DNA of 64,000 nucleotides, from assembly GCA_024280145.1 (NCBI GenBank), contig JAJRQR010000028.1, positions 5,734 through 69,733 on the forward strand, given 5' to 3'. The notes under the pieces were generated by a model, which was not told the origin of the DNA, searched no databases, and saw nothing but the letters and a program-made list of their open reading frames with translations. Positions 41,009-51,974 of this stretch are shown here, in pieces. This stretch comes from Bacteroidota bacterium. GTDB lineage: Bacteria > Bacteroidota > Bacteroidia > Flavobacteriales > Flavobacteriaceae. Both the position numbers and the translations under genes were made by a program. Position 1 is the stretch's first letter. Every line of letters begins with the position of its first letter.

Positions 41009-42907
41009 TTATAAAGTGTTTATAACAATTTTAGTTTTATCAAATTTGGCAATACTACGCCTAAAAGCTCTGTAATCGTTGTATTTTTCTTTTGGATAAG
41101 TTCCTTTTTTAATAACAATATGCCGTTGATATTCAATCATATTTTCTGAAAGTTTCTTGAACGTTATAGAATAGCTTCCGAAATCAGATTCAACATTTTT
41201 ATTTTCTGGTAATTCATTCAATCCATATCCATCTGGAATAGTTATTTCTACCACATCAACATCTTCAAATTCTGTTGAAATATGCAGCTTGTTTTTACGA
41301 TCTTCGATCCTTTTGGGTACATAGCTAGATTTATTAAAAACATTGACACTACATAGATAATCATTGCCAATTTTCGAGCAATAATTTGGAATGTAAATCT
41401 TTAATTCTTCTGTGAATGAAATAGAATCTCGGTTATCAATTAAATTATATTCTTCAATATTAAAACCATTAATATTATCCCACCTGTTTTTATATTGTTC
41501 ATGAATATCTTCTTCATCCAGATCTTTTAAAGAAAACCTATTACCGTATTGTAAGCCTTGTGAAACACTATTAAAACTTGTATTTGCACTTCCGTCTTTA
41601 TTTATTTTAATATTAATTTTTGAGTCTTGAAGATTTTCGTGATACGGATAGACTTTGGTATGTGCTATTTTTCCTCCATCTGGTGTGATAATCAACACAT
41701 CTCTATCATCATTATTACCACCTATATAACCAAATGGTACTCGCTGACTTGTACATTCAAGCCAAGTAATTTTGTCTCCGTCTGGCACACCTAATATGAC
41801 ATGATTCCCTTGTAATCTTGAAAAGTTTTTATCAAAACTTTGTTCCATTTCTGAAGAATATAAGATGGTGTAATATGACGGAATCCCCACAGCATCCAAC
41901 AATGTTTTGGTGTAATTTGAAAGTGCCTTACAATCGCCATAGCTTAGTTTATCTACTTCTGATGCTAACATTGGTCGCCATCCTCCAATACCTATTTGCA
42001 CACTAATGTAACGGACTGTTTCTTGTAAATAATTGTAAACTATTCGTGCTTTTGCTTCATTGGTACTTTCATCTTTTATTAAATTTTTAATTTCAATAAC
42101 CGTTGCTTCTGGAATATCATCAACACCATTTAAAATACTTCTTTCCATCCACAATCCAAATTCCTCCCAATTTTTTGCTGCGCCTGAAACTCCTACTAAT
42201 GTAAAGTTGTTTAGTGCAAAAGATGTATTTGGTAATATTTTAGAATGTAAAGGACTTAATCGTTCATACTTAAAAGCAGGAATATTAGAAGCAGTACAAA
42301 TAATTTCATTCGGATTTTCTTCAATAGCAATATCAAAACCCTCTAAGTTATCCGTTTTAAATCTTGGTTTATTTAAGGGGTCAAATTTAAGAATATACTC
42401 GCTTTTTGTTGTGCTTTTAGCATACCCGTTTACTGGATACCAATTAGGAATTGCAAGAGTAGTATTATTTTCAATTTCCGATGTAAATTCAAGAATATAA
42501 GGATAAGTTGTTGGCGTATAACTTAAGTAAACAACCCTATTGTCACTAAAAATGGAATAGCCATCTGCAGCACTAACATCAACGAAATCCTTTTTTTTAT
42601 AATGCTTTAATTCCTCTCCAAAACTATCATAAATATAAGCCTCTAATTTTTTAATTTTAGTCGCCTTGTCATAATTAATACGCGCTGAAAGATGACTATC
42701 TCCAGCTTCGTTTAAAATTATCCGTACACTATGCATTTTAAAATTAAGTTTCCCAGAAACCGAAACATCCACAATAATTTTTTGATCTATTAATACACTA
42801 TTTGCATTTTTTGTTAATTCTGAAGAGACATTGAGTAAGGAATACTTGGTTTGCGCGTAGGTAGTAATTGAAAAAAACGCAGCAATCAGTAAAATAAATC
42901 GAGTCAT
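41009..42907 (-). CDS. DUF3857/transglutaminase-like protein, paralog 1, putative active enzyme
   Basis: RYISVQIGIGGW, GDCKALSNY, GNHVIL and WLECTS. Confidence 0.9.
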   Translation of the reverse strand: MTRFILLIAAFFSITTYAQTKYSLLNVSSELTKNANSVLIDQKIIVDVSVSGKLNFKMHSVRIILNEAGDSHLSARINYDKATKIKKLEAYIYDSFGEELKHYKKKDFVDVSAADGYSIFSDNRVVYLSYTPTTYPYILEFTSEIENNTTLAIPNWYPVNGYAKSTTKSEYILKFDPLNKPRFKTDNLEGFDIAIEENPNEIICTASNIPAFKYERLSPLHSKILPNTSFALNNFTLVGVSGAAKNWEEFGLWMERSILNGVDDIPEATVIEIKNLIKDESTNEAKARIVYNYLQETVRYISVQIGIGGWRPMLASEVDKLSYGDCKALSNYTKTLLDAVGIPSYYTILYSSEMEQSFDKNFSRLQGNHVILGVPDGDKITWLECTSQRVPFGYIGGNNDDRDVLIITPDGGKIAHTKVYPYHENLQDSKINIKINKDGSANTSFNSVSQGLQYGNRFSLKDLDEEDIHEQYKNRWDNINGFNIEEYNLIDNRDSISFTEELKIYIPNYCSKIGNDYLCSVNVFNKSSYVPKRIEDRKNKLHISTEFEDVDVVEITIPDGYGLNELPENKNVESDFGSYSITFKKLSENMIEYQRHIVIKKGTYPKEKYNDYRAFRRSIAKFDKTKIVINTL

Positions 42908-42969
42908 TAATTAAATTTAAGGAAATGCTAATTTAACAAAATATTAAGGAACTAAAAAAATAAAATCAC

Positions 42970-43422
42970 TTACTCTCTTTGTTTTGAATTAATTAAAATA
43001 GTTACCGGTCCATCGTTAATTAATGCTACTTCCATCATCGCTCCAAAAGTACCTGTCTGCACTTTATTTCCCAGTTCTTTTTCCAAAGAAGCTACAAAGG
43101 CTTCGTATAAAGGAATTGCAATTTCCGGTCTTGCTGCTTTTATAAATGAAGGACGATTTCCTTTTTTGGTTTTTGCGTGAAGTGTAAATTGACTTACTAC
43201 AATAGCATCTCCGTTTACATCAATTAAAGAAAGGTTCATCGCATCGTTTTGATCTGAAAATATTCGGAGTTTTGAAATTTTAGCCGCTAACCAATTAATG
43301 TCTTCTTGAGTGTCTTCGGCTTCAATACCTAAGAGAATTAAATAGCCTTTTTCGATTTCTGAAATGATTTCTCCTTCTACTTTAACCGAAGCTTTTTTAA
43401 CTAATTGGATGACTGTTTTCAT
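42970..43422 (-). CDS. dtd: D-aminoacyl-tRNA deacylase
   Basis: SQFTL, KGNRPSF, FGAMM and NDGPVT. Start at ATG 43422. Confidence 0.96.
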   Translation of the reverse strand: MKTVIQLVKKASVKVEGEIISEIEKGYLILLGIEAEDTQEDINWLAAKISKLRIFSDQNDAMNLSLIDVNGDAIVVSQFTLHAKTKKGNRPSFIKAARPEIAIPLYEAFVASLEKELGNKVQTGTFGAMMEVALINDGPVTILINSKQRE

Positions 43423-43478
43423 ATTGTTATTTTTCTTGCAAAGGCACAAAAATCTAAAGAATACTTATTACCAAATAA

Positions 43479-44429
43479 TTACTCTTTCGTATAAATATCC
43501 TTCCGGTAATGTTCTTCTTCTCCTTCTAATATCTGAAGGTAACTTTTATAGCGTGACCAAGCAATTTCATCGTTTTCCAAAGCTTCTTTCACGGCACATT
43601 TGGGTTCTTCTAAATGCATACAGTTATTAAACTTACAATTTCCTTTTAACTTAAAAAATTCTGGATAATAGCCTGCGAGTTCTTCTGTGTCTATTTCTAC
43701 CATTCCGAAGCCTTTAATTCCTGGGGTATCAATTATTTTGGCGCCAAAAGAGAGGTCGTACATTTCGGCAAATGTGGTAGTGTGTCGCCCTTGTAAATGT
43801 TGATCGGAAATCTCCTTTGTTTTTAGGTTTAAAGCAGGTTCTATTGCATTGACCAAGGTAGATTTTCCAACACCACTATGACCAGAAAAAACGCTTACTT
43901 TATGTTTCATCATCTGCTTTACCTTGTCAATATTCTTCTCTGTGGTTGCCGATATCCCCAAACATTCATAGCCAATACTGCGGTATAAATGAGCTAAATA
44001 TTTTACTTCATTTAACTCCTCTACTGTATAAGAATCTACTTTATTAAATAATAAAATGGTTTTAATTCCGTAAGCTTCTGAAGTCACTAAAAAGCGATCG
44101 ATAAAAGCCGTAAAAGTTGGCGGATTGTTAAGGGTAACTAATAAAAAAGCAATGTCAATATTAGTAGCAATAATCTGTGTTTGCTTGGAAAGATTTACCG
44201 ATTTACGAATGATATAATTTTCTCGTTCTTCAATTTTATGAATGACTCCAAACTCATCTTTTTCTTTTTTGTCTATTTCAAAATATACTAAATCCCCAAC
44301 AGCAACAGGATTGGTTGATTTAATTCCTTTAATTCGGAATTTTCCTTTAAGACGACATTCGTAAAAAACACCTTGTTCTGTTTTTACGGTGTACCAGCTT
44401 CCTGTTGATTTATAGACGGTGCCTTTCAT
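43479..44429 (-). CDS. rsgA: Small-subunit-dependent GTPase RsgA
   Basis: Circularly permuted NKVD...GHSGVGKS...GRHTT...DTPG; CKFNNCMHLEEPKC zinc site. Confidence 0.96.
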   Translation of the reverse strand: MKGTVYKSTGSWYTVKTEQGVFYECRLKGKFRIKGIKSTNPVAVGDLVYFEIDKKEKDEFGVIHKIEERENYIIRKSVNLSKQTQIIATNIDIAFLLVTLNNPPTFTAFIDRFLVTSEAYGIKTILLFNKVDSYTVEELNEVKYLAHLYRSIGYECLGISATTEKNIDKVKQMMKHKVSVFSGHSGVGKSTLVNAIEPALNLKTKEISDQHLQGRHTTTFAEMYDLSFGAKIIDTPGIKGFGMVEIDTEELAGYYPEFFKLKGNCKFNNCMHLEEPKCAVKEALENDEIAWSRYKSYLQILEGEEEHYRKDIYTKE

Positions 44430-44597
44430 TTGCCTAAATTATATCTTTTAACGGTAACATATATGTTCGTTATTAGTCATTTTTATTGTGTATCTAAATT
44501 TTAACAAGCTCGTTTCATTATTGCAAAAGTCTTAAAATTAAAATTAATAGCATTGATATATAAAATATAAGAATAGAATTATTCTCTTGATAAAAAC

Positions 44598-46496
44598 CTA
44601 CATAAAGAAGTTCCAAACAATTCCAAAACGTATCACTGCATCTCGATAAGGATAGTTTGGAGCAGAAAAATAATCATTAGTTCCAGAAAACAGTGCGTTA
44701 AAATTCTCGTATTTAAAATAAAATCGCACCTGCTGCACTCGCGCATTAAAGAAAATATCAAACTGAGGGTAACCACCTAATTCATTGGTTTCTTGAACAT
44801 AAAACTCTCCTAATACTGCATCGTAACCATTCATTGCATAACTAGAATAATATTTAAAACCAACACCCGTCTGAACAAACAATGCCTTTTTAAACCAATT
44901 ATCTTCAAAATATAAAGTGTTTCTTGTAATAAACTGTGGAAGTTTTAACACCTCTTCTCCACTTAAAGCATTCTGATATAAGATGGTATTTTCCAAGCCA
45001 AATTTTTTATAACGGAATTCTTTCTGAAGTTTCACTTTTACATAATCAACTCGCTCATTGTATTGATGTGGTGTTGGAGTAGAATCATTTGCTTTTATTG
45101 CAAAATAGGTGTAATCATCAATCCCTGTATATGATAAAGATATATTAGCAATTTTTTCTGAAGTAAAAGCAACATTTAATTGTTGTGTTTTTACATTGTT
45201 AAAATCGTTTTGCCAATTATAATTCAAATAATCACTCTGAAATAATAAAAAATTAAAGTTTGGAGCAACGGATTGAGTTTTTATATCAGCGCTAATTTTT
45301 TGGCTATCATTTAATAAATAGGAAGCTCCAACTTTTAATAAATTTCCATTAAAATCTCCTGATATATTAAATTCTCCTTCAGCAAATAATTCAAATCCTT
45401 TATAATACTTATTATACGAAGCTCCTGCTTGTACAAGGTTTCCTTTTAACCTATTGGTAATTTCATTACCGTCTAATATTAGTTTGGTATCGTAACCATA
45501 ATTATAATCGGTATAGCCAATAAAAGCAGTTAAACTACCTATAAAATCATTTTCAAAACGCGCATAACCTTGTACATTAAAATCTTCAAGACTAGCCTTT
45601 TTCCACAAACCAGATGTTACATAGGACTCGCCATATTCTTTAAAAGGCTGGTCTTGAGTATATAAAAATGTTTTATCTTCAAAACTTAGTACATTTCCTA
45701 TAACCAATTTGTTTTGGTCGGTACTATCTTTTTTGGCAATTAACTCATATTCCTGTTTTCCGTAAATTCTAAAACCCTTTAATTCATTCTCAGCATCTTG
45801 AAATTTCACCTCTAACCTTCCTCTATCTTTAAAATCGTTGTCGTTACTCTGAAAAAACTGTACAGATTCATCTGTTAAACCTCCATTTACTTCATTTAAC
45901 AAATCCTGAGAAGTAAGATGCGCAATGATATGGTAGCGGTTATTTTTAGTATGATAATTGGTGGTAAATCTAAAGTCTTGTGTGCTTGTCAAATTGTGCT
46001 GGTAGGCTCCTAATGATCGCACCCCTTTAAATGCAGCTGAAAAATTAAACTGCTCTGAAGTGTTAATGGTAAAAAAAGCATCCATTTGCTGACCTTGTTT
46101 AAAAGCAGTTTTAAAATACAATTCAGTAACAGGAGTCGGTACATTAAAATACTTCATATCTTCAATTTCGAGATAATTAAAATGATGCCCTTGTGCTACA
46201 AATAATGGCTTTATATTGGTTTTATCAAACTCATAAGCCAAAGTATTATAGGGCTGACCCACGTTTGCAAACTCCTGAAGTTCAAAATTATCCTTTCGCA
46301 AATAATTAAATTTATAATCCCGTTGTATGGCGAGTGACGTGTCTACAAAAGTAGTATCCTGCCTTGCCGAAACAATTTTGTACAAAGTAATTGAAGGCTT
46401 CTCTTTTTTTTCCTTTTTAGGTTTCCCTTCTCCGTTTTGAGAAAAAACAACTGCTGAAGAACAAACAAATAGCAATAATAAAAAGGTTTTGTACAT
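44598..46496 (-). CDS. Putative outer-membrane porin (Bacteroidota putative-porin family)
   Basis: Signal peptide, YFNVPTPVTEL, aromatic beta-strands, C-terminal RFGIVWNFF. TACCTTTG at 46516-46523. Confidence 0.8.
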   Translation of the reverse strand: MYKTFLLLLFVCSSAVVFSQNGEGKPKKEKKEKPSITLYKIVSARQDTTFVDTSLAIQRDYKFNYLRKDNFELQEFANVGQPYNTLAYEFDKTNIKPLFVAQGHHFNYLEIEDMKYFNVPTPVTELYFKTAFKQGQQMDAFFTINTSEQFNFSAAFKGVRSLGAYQHNLTSTQDFRFTTNYHTKNNRYHIIAHLTSQDLLNEVNGGLTDESVQFFQSNDNDFKDRGRLEVKFQDAENELKGFRIYGKQEYELIAKKDSTDQNKLVIGNVLSFEDKTFLYTQDQPFKEYGESYVTSGLWKKASLEDFNVQGYARFENDFIGSLTAFIGYTDYNYGYDTKLILDGNEITNRLKGNLVQAGASYNKYYKGFELFAEGEFNISGDFNGNLLKVGASYLLNDSQKISADIKTQSVAPNFNFLLFQSDYLNYNWQNDFNNVKTQQLNVAFTSEKIANISLSYTGIDDYTYFAIKANDSTPTPHQYNERVDYVKVKLQKEFRYKKFGLENTILYQNALSGEEVLKLPQFITRNTLYFEDNWFKKALFVQTGVGFKYYSSYAMNGYDAVLGEFYVQETNELGGYPQFDIFFNARVQQVRFYFKYENFNALFSGTNDYFSAPNYPYRDAVIRFGIVWNFFM

Positions 46497-46543
46497 CTAC
46501 TTTTAACTTACCGAGCAAAGGTATACTTTTGAAAGGAAATATG

Positions 46544-46578
46544 GAATATCGAATAATGAATTTTGAATAAGGAATACT
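46544..46578 (+). repeat. Five tandem GAATnnn heptamers
   Basis: GAATATC GAATAAT GAATTTT GAATAAG GAATACT. Confidence 0.75.
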
Positions 46579-46671
46579 AAAGCATAAAGTTTAGCTCAAT
46601 AAATAGCAATCCCGCTAAAAAATAAATTTAAAAAATGGAGTTTGAGGCGTGGAATTCAAAACATATAAAAT

Positions 46672-47289
46672 ATGTTGAAACTAAAAATAAATAAACATTT
46701 ATTAGAATGCGGAACAGACGAAGCTGGAAGAGGATGTTTGGCCGGTCCTGTAACCGCTGCTGCTGTAATTTTACCTAATCATTTTAAAAACAAAATTCTT
46801 ACCGATTCCAAACAACTTTCAGAAAAGAAAAGAGAATTCCTAAAACCTATCATTAAAGATCAAGCAATATGTTTTGGAATTTCACATGTTATGATGGATG
46901 AAATTGACAAAATAAATATATTAAATGCTTCTATTTTGGCAATGCATAAGTCTATTGAGCAACTCTCAACAAAACCTCAACTTATTGCAGTTGACGGAAA
47001 TCGTTTTAAACGTTTCAGTGATATTCCTTTTGAAACCATTATTAAAGGAGATGGTAAATATTTACATATTGCAGCAGCATCTATCTTAGCAAAAACTGCT
47101 CGAGATGCGTTTATGGAAAAAATTCACGAAGAATTTCCAATGTATAATTGGAAGCAAAACAAGGGATATCCAACCAAAGAACATCGCGAAGCCATACGTA
47201 AATATGGTGTTACAAAATATCATCGAATGAGTTTTAGTCTTTTACCCGAACAATATGAGTTGGAATTAAAGATTGTTAAAAACCCGTAA
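46672..47289 (+). CDS. rnhB: Ribonuclease HII
   Basis: [29 protein letters not shown] and KGYPT. Confidence 0.96.
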   Translation: MLKLKINKHLLECGTDEAGRGCLAGPVTAAAVILPNHFKNKILTDSKQLSEKKREFLKPIIKDQAICFGISHVMMDEIDKINILNASILAMHKSIEQLSTKPQLIAVDGNRFKRFSDIPFETIIKGDGKYLHIAAASILAKTARDAFMEKIHEEFPMYNWKQNKGYPTKEHREAIRKYGVTKYHRMSFSLLPEQYELELKIVKNP

Positions 47290-47343
47290 ATAAACTATTC
47301 CATTTCTATTGAAAAGGGCAGCAAACCTTGTTATTTTTGTGGT

Positions 47344-49775
47344 ATGAAGATTTTTATTAAAACAAGTCTTATTATTATTTTCACAAGCTTACTTTTTAGT
47401 TGCGAACCCGCTTCTAAAGAACCAAAGAAATTGTCTGATTTTATTCCAGAAAATACTTTGGGCGTTTTTAAGGTTGAAGATTTTGAAACTTTAAAATCTG
47501 ACATAAGTAACAGTGGGATTATTTCAAAATTTAAAAATGAAAAAGTCTATACTTTCTTTTCTAAAACTAAGCTAATTAAACATCTTCATCCTGTTAGCAA
47601 GAGCATTATTTGTGTTTCTGAAGCTGATGACAAATCTGTTTTTACTTTTATTAGTAGACCTAACAAAGGTTTATTTAACCTCGATTCAATTCCTAATCTA
47701 ACTATTGAAAAACTTTCTTATAAAGAGCAGGCAATTCAAAAAGTAATATTAGAAGAAGAAATTATTTTTACACTATTAAAAGACAGCGTTTTTGTAGCTA
47801 GTAATTCACAATTAGTATTACAAAATATTTTAGACGGAAAAACTGAAAAAGACTTCACTTTTCATAAAATACTAAACATAAAAAACAGTCAGGATTTTAC
47901 AGCTATTTTTCCAGTTGACGAAATAAGTATCAACCAATCCTTGCTTTTTAATTTTGGTTCTTGGGCCGCTTTAAATGTGGAGGTTTTACCGGATGCATTA
48001 ACTGTTTCGGGAGTTGTTTTGGCAAATGATTCTGTTCCACAGTTAATTTCGGTTTTTAAAAACTTACAACCTCAGCAGAATGATTTTGCGAAAATAACAC
48101 CTCTTAATACGGAAAGTGTAGTTTCTTTCCCCTTTGATGACTTTGGTGTTTTTCAGGAAAATCTACAAAAATTCAGAGGAATTAAAAGTATACAAAACGA
48201 CGAAACTTTATTATGTGAAGCTATTACCGAAGTTAGCAAAATAACACTTCCCAAAGGAAATGTAATTGCTATAAAAAGTATTGACCCAGAACTTACCAAT
48301 GATGCTTTAGAGGTTTTTAGAACTGAAAAAGAAAGTTTTAAAAATGTAATGATTTATGAGTTTAATAATCCAGATTTATTCAGCAATCAATTTTTAACAT
48401 TCACCAATCAAACAAAACCTAATTTTGTTTTTAAGCTGGATGATTTTTTTATATTTTCAGAAAACGAAGAGGTTTCACAACAAATAATAAATGCTTATTT
48501 AGGTAATAATTGCCTATCTGAAACTTCTCATTACCAAAATGCGTTATCCCAATTAAGTGACGAGTCTTCGTTGTTAATTTTAAAAATGAATGGAAATTAT
48601 TCAAATTCAATTTCCAATTTATTAAAAACAGAAATAAAGGATATTTCCTTAAAAAATTATCCTTTAGCCATACTTCAATTTTCGTACGATAGGAATTTTG
48701 CTCATGTTAATTTTGTAAGTCAAGAAGCTTCAACTAATAAAGTAAATTCTTCTAACACTAAGGTTTCTCAAATTGCTAGTATTAAGTTAGAAAATGAACT
48801 TTTAAGCGACCCAGTTTTCTTTAGTAATCATCGAACAGGAGGAAAGACATTGTGGTTCAAGATGTAAAAAACCAGCTGCATTTTATTTCTTCCAACGGAA
48901 AAACATTATGGACAAAAAAGCTGAAAAACCCAATTATCGGTAAGATTAAAGAAGTAGATTTATTACGAAACGGAAAAAAGCAATTGGCATTTGTCACAAA
49001 ACATCATTTTTATATTTTGGATAGAACTGGAAGAAATGTGAGTCCATTTCCAATAAAACTTAATGATGACATTACCCAACCGCTTTCCGTATTTGATTAT
49101 GATAACAATCGTAAATACCGATTTATTATTACTCAAGGAAAAGAAGTGTTAATGTTGAATAGCAAAGGAAAAACAGTAAAAGGTTTTAAATTTAAAAAGA
49201 CAAAATCCAATATTGTTTTTGCGCCACAACCCTTTAGGATTTCTAGTAAAGATTATATTGTTATTGCTGCAAAGAATGGAAAATTAAATATTCTTAGCCG
49301 TGTTGGAAAACCTAGAGTTTCCATTTCAAAAACATTCGATTACTCTTCAAATCCTATAACCGTTGAGAATAAAAAAATAGTGGTTATTACAAAAAACAAT
49401 ACCAAAAACAGTATTGGAGTTGATGGAAAAGTTTCAGTAAAAAAACTAAATGTTACCAGTTATCAATTTAGAGTAAAAGGAAAAACGAAAGTTACTTTAG
49501 ATGATAATTTAATGCGTATCAACGGTATTTTGGTAGAACTTCCTTTTGGTATTTATACAGCTCCAGAGATTTTTACGGTCAACAGAAAAACGTATATCTC
49601 CATTTCAGAGACACAAGAAAACAAAGTCTATATCTTTTCAAAAACAGGGAAACTACTTTCTGGATTCCCTGTATTCGGAACTTCAAACGCACTGCTTGAT
49701 GGTTCGTTTAATAAAGGAAAAACTTCAATTATGGTTAGAGGTGATTCAAAATCTATATTGCTGTATAAATTTTAG
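47344..49775 (+). pseudogene. Large lipoprotein (DUF3352-like N-part, propeller-like C-part) split by a -1 frameshift; may be an assembly error
   Basis: Lipobox LLFSC. ORFs 47344..48867 and 48852..49775 overlap; adding one A to AAA at 48843-48845 gives NHRTGGKDIVVQDVKN in one frame. Confidence 0.7.
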
Positions 49776-49923
49776 AACTCACAGAATACTAACTATAATT
49801 ATATTCACACCAACTATATATTAAACCGTACCATTCATACAATAATTTAATTCAATAAGGGATTTAAAATTAATTTTGTAGAGTATTACAAAAACATAAA
49901 CCTTAAAAATTAAACTATTTATT

Positions 49924-51043
49924 ATGAAAAAAATCTTTACACTACTTGCCATTGTTATTTGTACAGTATCGTATGCTCAAGACAAAATTTATGTACATAC
50001 AGCGACAGTCGAGAATACGACTAATGACATTACTTACATTAATCACCCAGATTTAAATGGCAATCCCAATGCAGGTATTGTTTACTCTCACGTATGGAAC
50101 CCTAACGAGGAATCTGGTGTTTATAATGATAATTTCACAACCTTGTTTTATTCTACAATAGAAAATAAATGGACTATTGCTACGGAGGATTTTTCTGACA
50201 TCGTAATAGGAAGTCACTACAATGTATATATTGCTGCAAACGAAAGTTCAGTAATTACTCACATTGCTTCACCTGCAAACATAGGACAGTATGGCGACTA
50301 CACAACTGTTATAGACGATCCATTATTAAACGGAGATAACCCTACCTTATGCAGTAATCTCTAACTATTACAATCCTAATAGTGTCGCAAATATTGCAAG
50401 ATATGCATTCTATTATGATGGTATAGATAACAAAAGAGCGGCATTTAATACACATAACGTAGGTAACCCTGTACCTGATGGAGCGGCATTTAAAATATTA
50501 ATTCAAGGAGAAGGAACTACAAAGTTTGGTCACTTTACCAATGTAGATAATGTTACTTCAAATTTCACAATGCTAAATCACTCATCTTTAAACGACAATC
50601 CAAATGCAACTTTTGTGTTCTCAAACTATTATAATCTTAATGGCAGCGCTACTATTATTGAGCCCGGAATGTTAGGGTCTTGGTATGACTCTGGTATAGG
50701 CAGATGGGGAATTTATTACGAAAACACCACTACTGTAATGGATGAAGGTTTATCTTTTGACATTATCGTTGCCGATCAAGAAATTTTAGGAAATGAAGAT
50801 TTCACTTCAGAAGCTAACATTGTAATGTTCCCGAATCCAGCTGTTGAAACAACTACAATTACTTCAACTCAAGAAATTACAAGCATTACTGTTTTTAATA
50901 TTCTTGGTCAAGAAGTGGCTACTTTTAAAGGAAAAGGAAACAACACACAAATTGATGTTTCTAATTTAACAACAGGAAATTACTTAGTAAAAGTTGCTGA
51001 TGAAAACGGAAACGCTAAAACTTTAAAATTAATCAAACAATAA
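49924..51043 (+). pseudogene. T9SS type-A cargo with three internal repeats, frameshifted at about 50344; paralog of 55094..56197
   Basis: Both halves align with the intact paralog (QDKIYVHTAT, HPDLNGNPNAGIVYSHVWNPN, PDGAAFKIL, NPNATFVFS, LKLIKQ). The second frame is open from 50345. Confidence 0.85.
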
Positions 51044-51092
51044 TGACTAACCATCAATAAAAATTTCATAGTGCAATTTTTATTTTAATGTT

Positions 51093-51132
51093 AAGCCGGA
51101 AATAGACTAGGGATCTATTTCTGGTTTTTTTT
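51093..51132 (+). terminator. Intrinsic terminator
   Basis: AAGCCGGAAATAGA-CTAGGGA-TCTATTTCTGGTTTTTTTT. Confidence 0.85.
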
Positions 51133-51172
51133 ATTCTAGTATCTTAGCACTTATAACCAATTAAAATATCGT

Positions 51173-51865
51173 ATGAAAACACTTTTAACAACCTTAATCA
51201 CCTTACTATTTGTTACTTCGGCTAGTGTCGCACAAAGTAATTGTAGTAAATATTATCCTTTTAAAGAAGGTACTACCCTTCAATATACAAATTATGATAA
51301 AAAAGGAAAAGAATCCGGAAAACTAAATCACAAAATTACCAACTATCGTAAAAGTGAAGGCAAAGAATGGGTTACAATGACTATGAATACTTCAGATAAA
51401 AAAGGAAATGGAATTGGGGACATCTCTTATGATATTTCTTGCGATGGCAGTGGAATTTCTATAGATTTTAAGTCTATGGCAAATATGGCAATGCTGAAGC
51501 AATTTGAAAGTATGGAAACCGAAATTACAGGAACCAATACCATACTTCCTAATAATTTATCCGTCGGTCAAGAATTACCAGATGCTAATATGAATATGAA
51601 AATCTCTATGAGTGGTATTTCTATGAATGTAAATACAGCTACCACAAACAGGAAAGTAACTGGTAAAGAAACCGTAACTACTCCTGCAGGAACTTTTAAT
51701 TGTCTTATTTTAGAACACACTACTACAGCAGATGTAATGGGTAAAAAAGTAAGCACTACCACAAAAAGTTGGTTTGCTGAAGGTGTAGGAATGGTAAAAC
51801 AAGTGTCTTTTGACAAAAACGGAAAGACACTAAACAGAAGTACCTTAACTGAGTTTAGTAATTAA
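51173..51865 (+). CDS. Exported DUF3108-like (possibly TapB-like) beta-sheet protein
   Basis: Signal peptide, YYPFKEG, ETVTTPAGTFNC and WFAEGVGMVK. Family name is from recall. Confidence 0.7.
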   Translation: MKTLLTTLITLLFVTSASVAQSNCSKYYPFKEGTTLQYTNYDKKGKESGKLNHKITNYRKSEGKEWVTMTMNTSDKKGNGIGDISYDISCDGSGISIDFKSMANMAMLKQFESMETEITGTNTILPNNLSVGQELPDANMNMKISMSGISMNVNTATTNRKVTGKETVTTPAGTFNCLILEHTTTADVMGKKVSTTTKSWFAEGVGMVKQVSFDKNGKTLNRSTLTEFSN

Positions 51866-51885
51866 GTCATTTTTTATACAATTAT

Positions 51886-51917
51886 AATCCGAAGTTTTAA
51901 TTAGCTTCGGTTTTTTT
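51886..51917 (+). terminator. Intrinsic terminator
   Basis: CCGAAG-TTTTAATTAG-CTTCGG-TTTTTTT. Confidence 0.8.
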
Positions 51918-51974
51918 GTTTAAAACACCTAAATACAAGATTATATTTTATAACTTGTAGCCATTAAACCCCAA

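Noticed and set aside
43400-43422. Dtd N-terminus reads IQLV instead of the usual IQRV
   Set aside because: Single substitution; SQFTL and NDGPVT motifs are intact, so no functional claim is supportable.
49774-49842. ATTCACAC/ATTCATAC repeats upstream of cargo paralog A as LytTR-type sites
   Set aside because: Spacing is 30 bp rather than 21-22 bp, and no LytTR gene is in the window.
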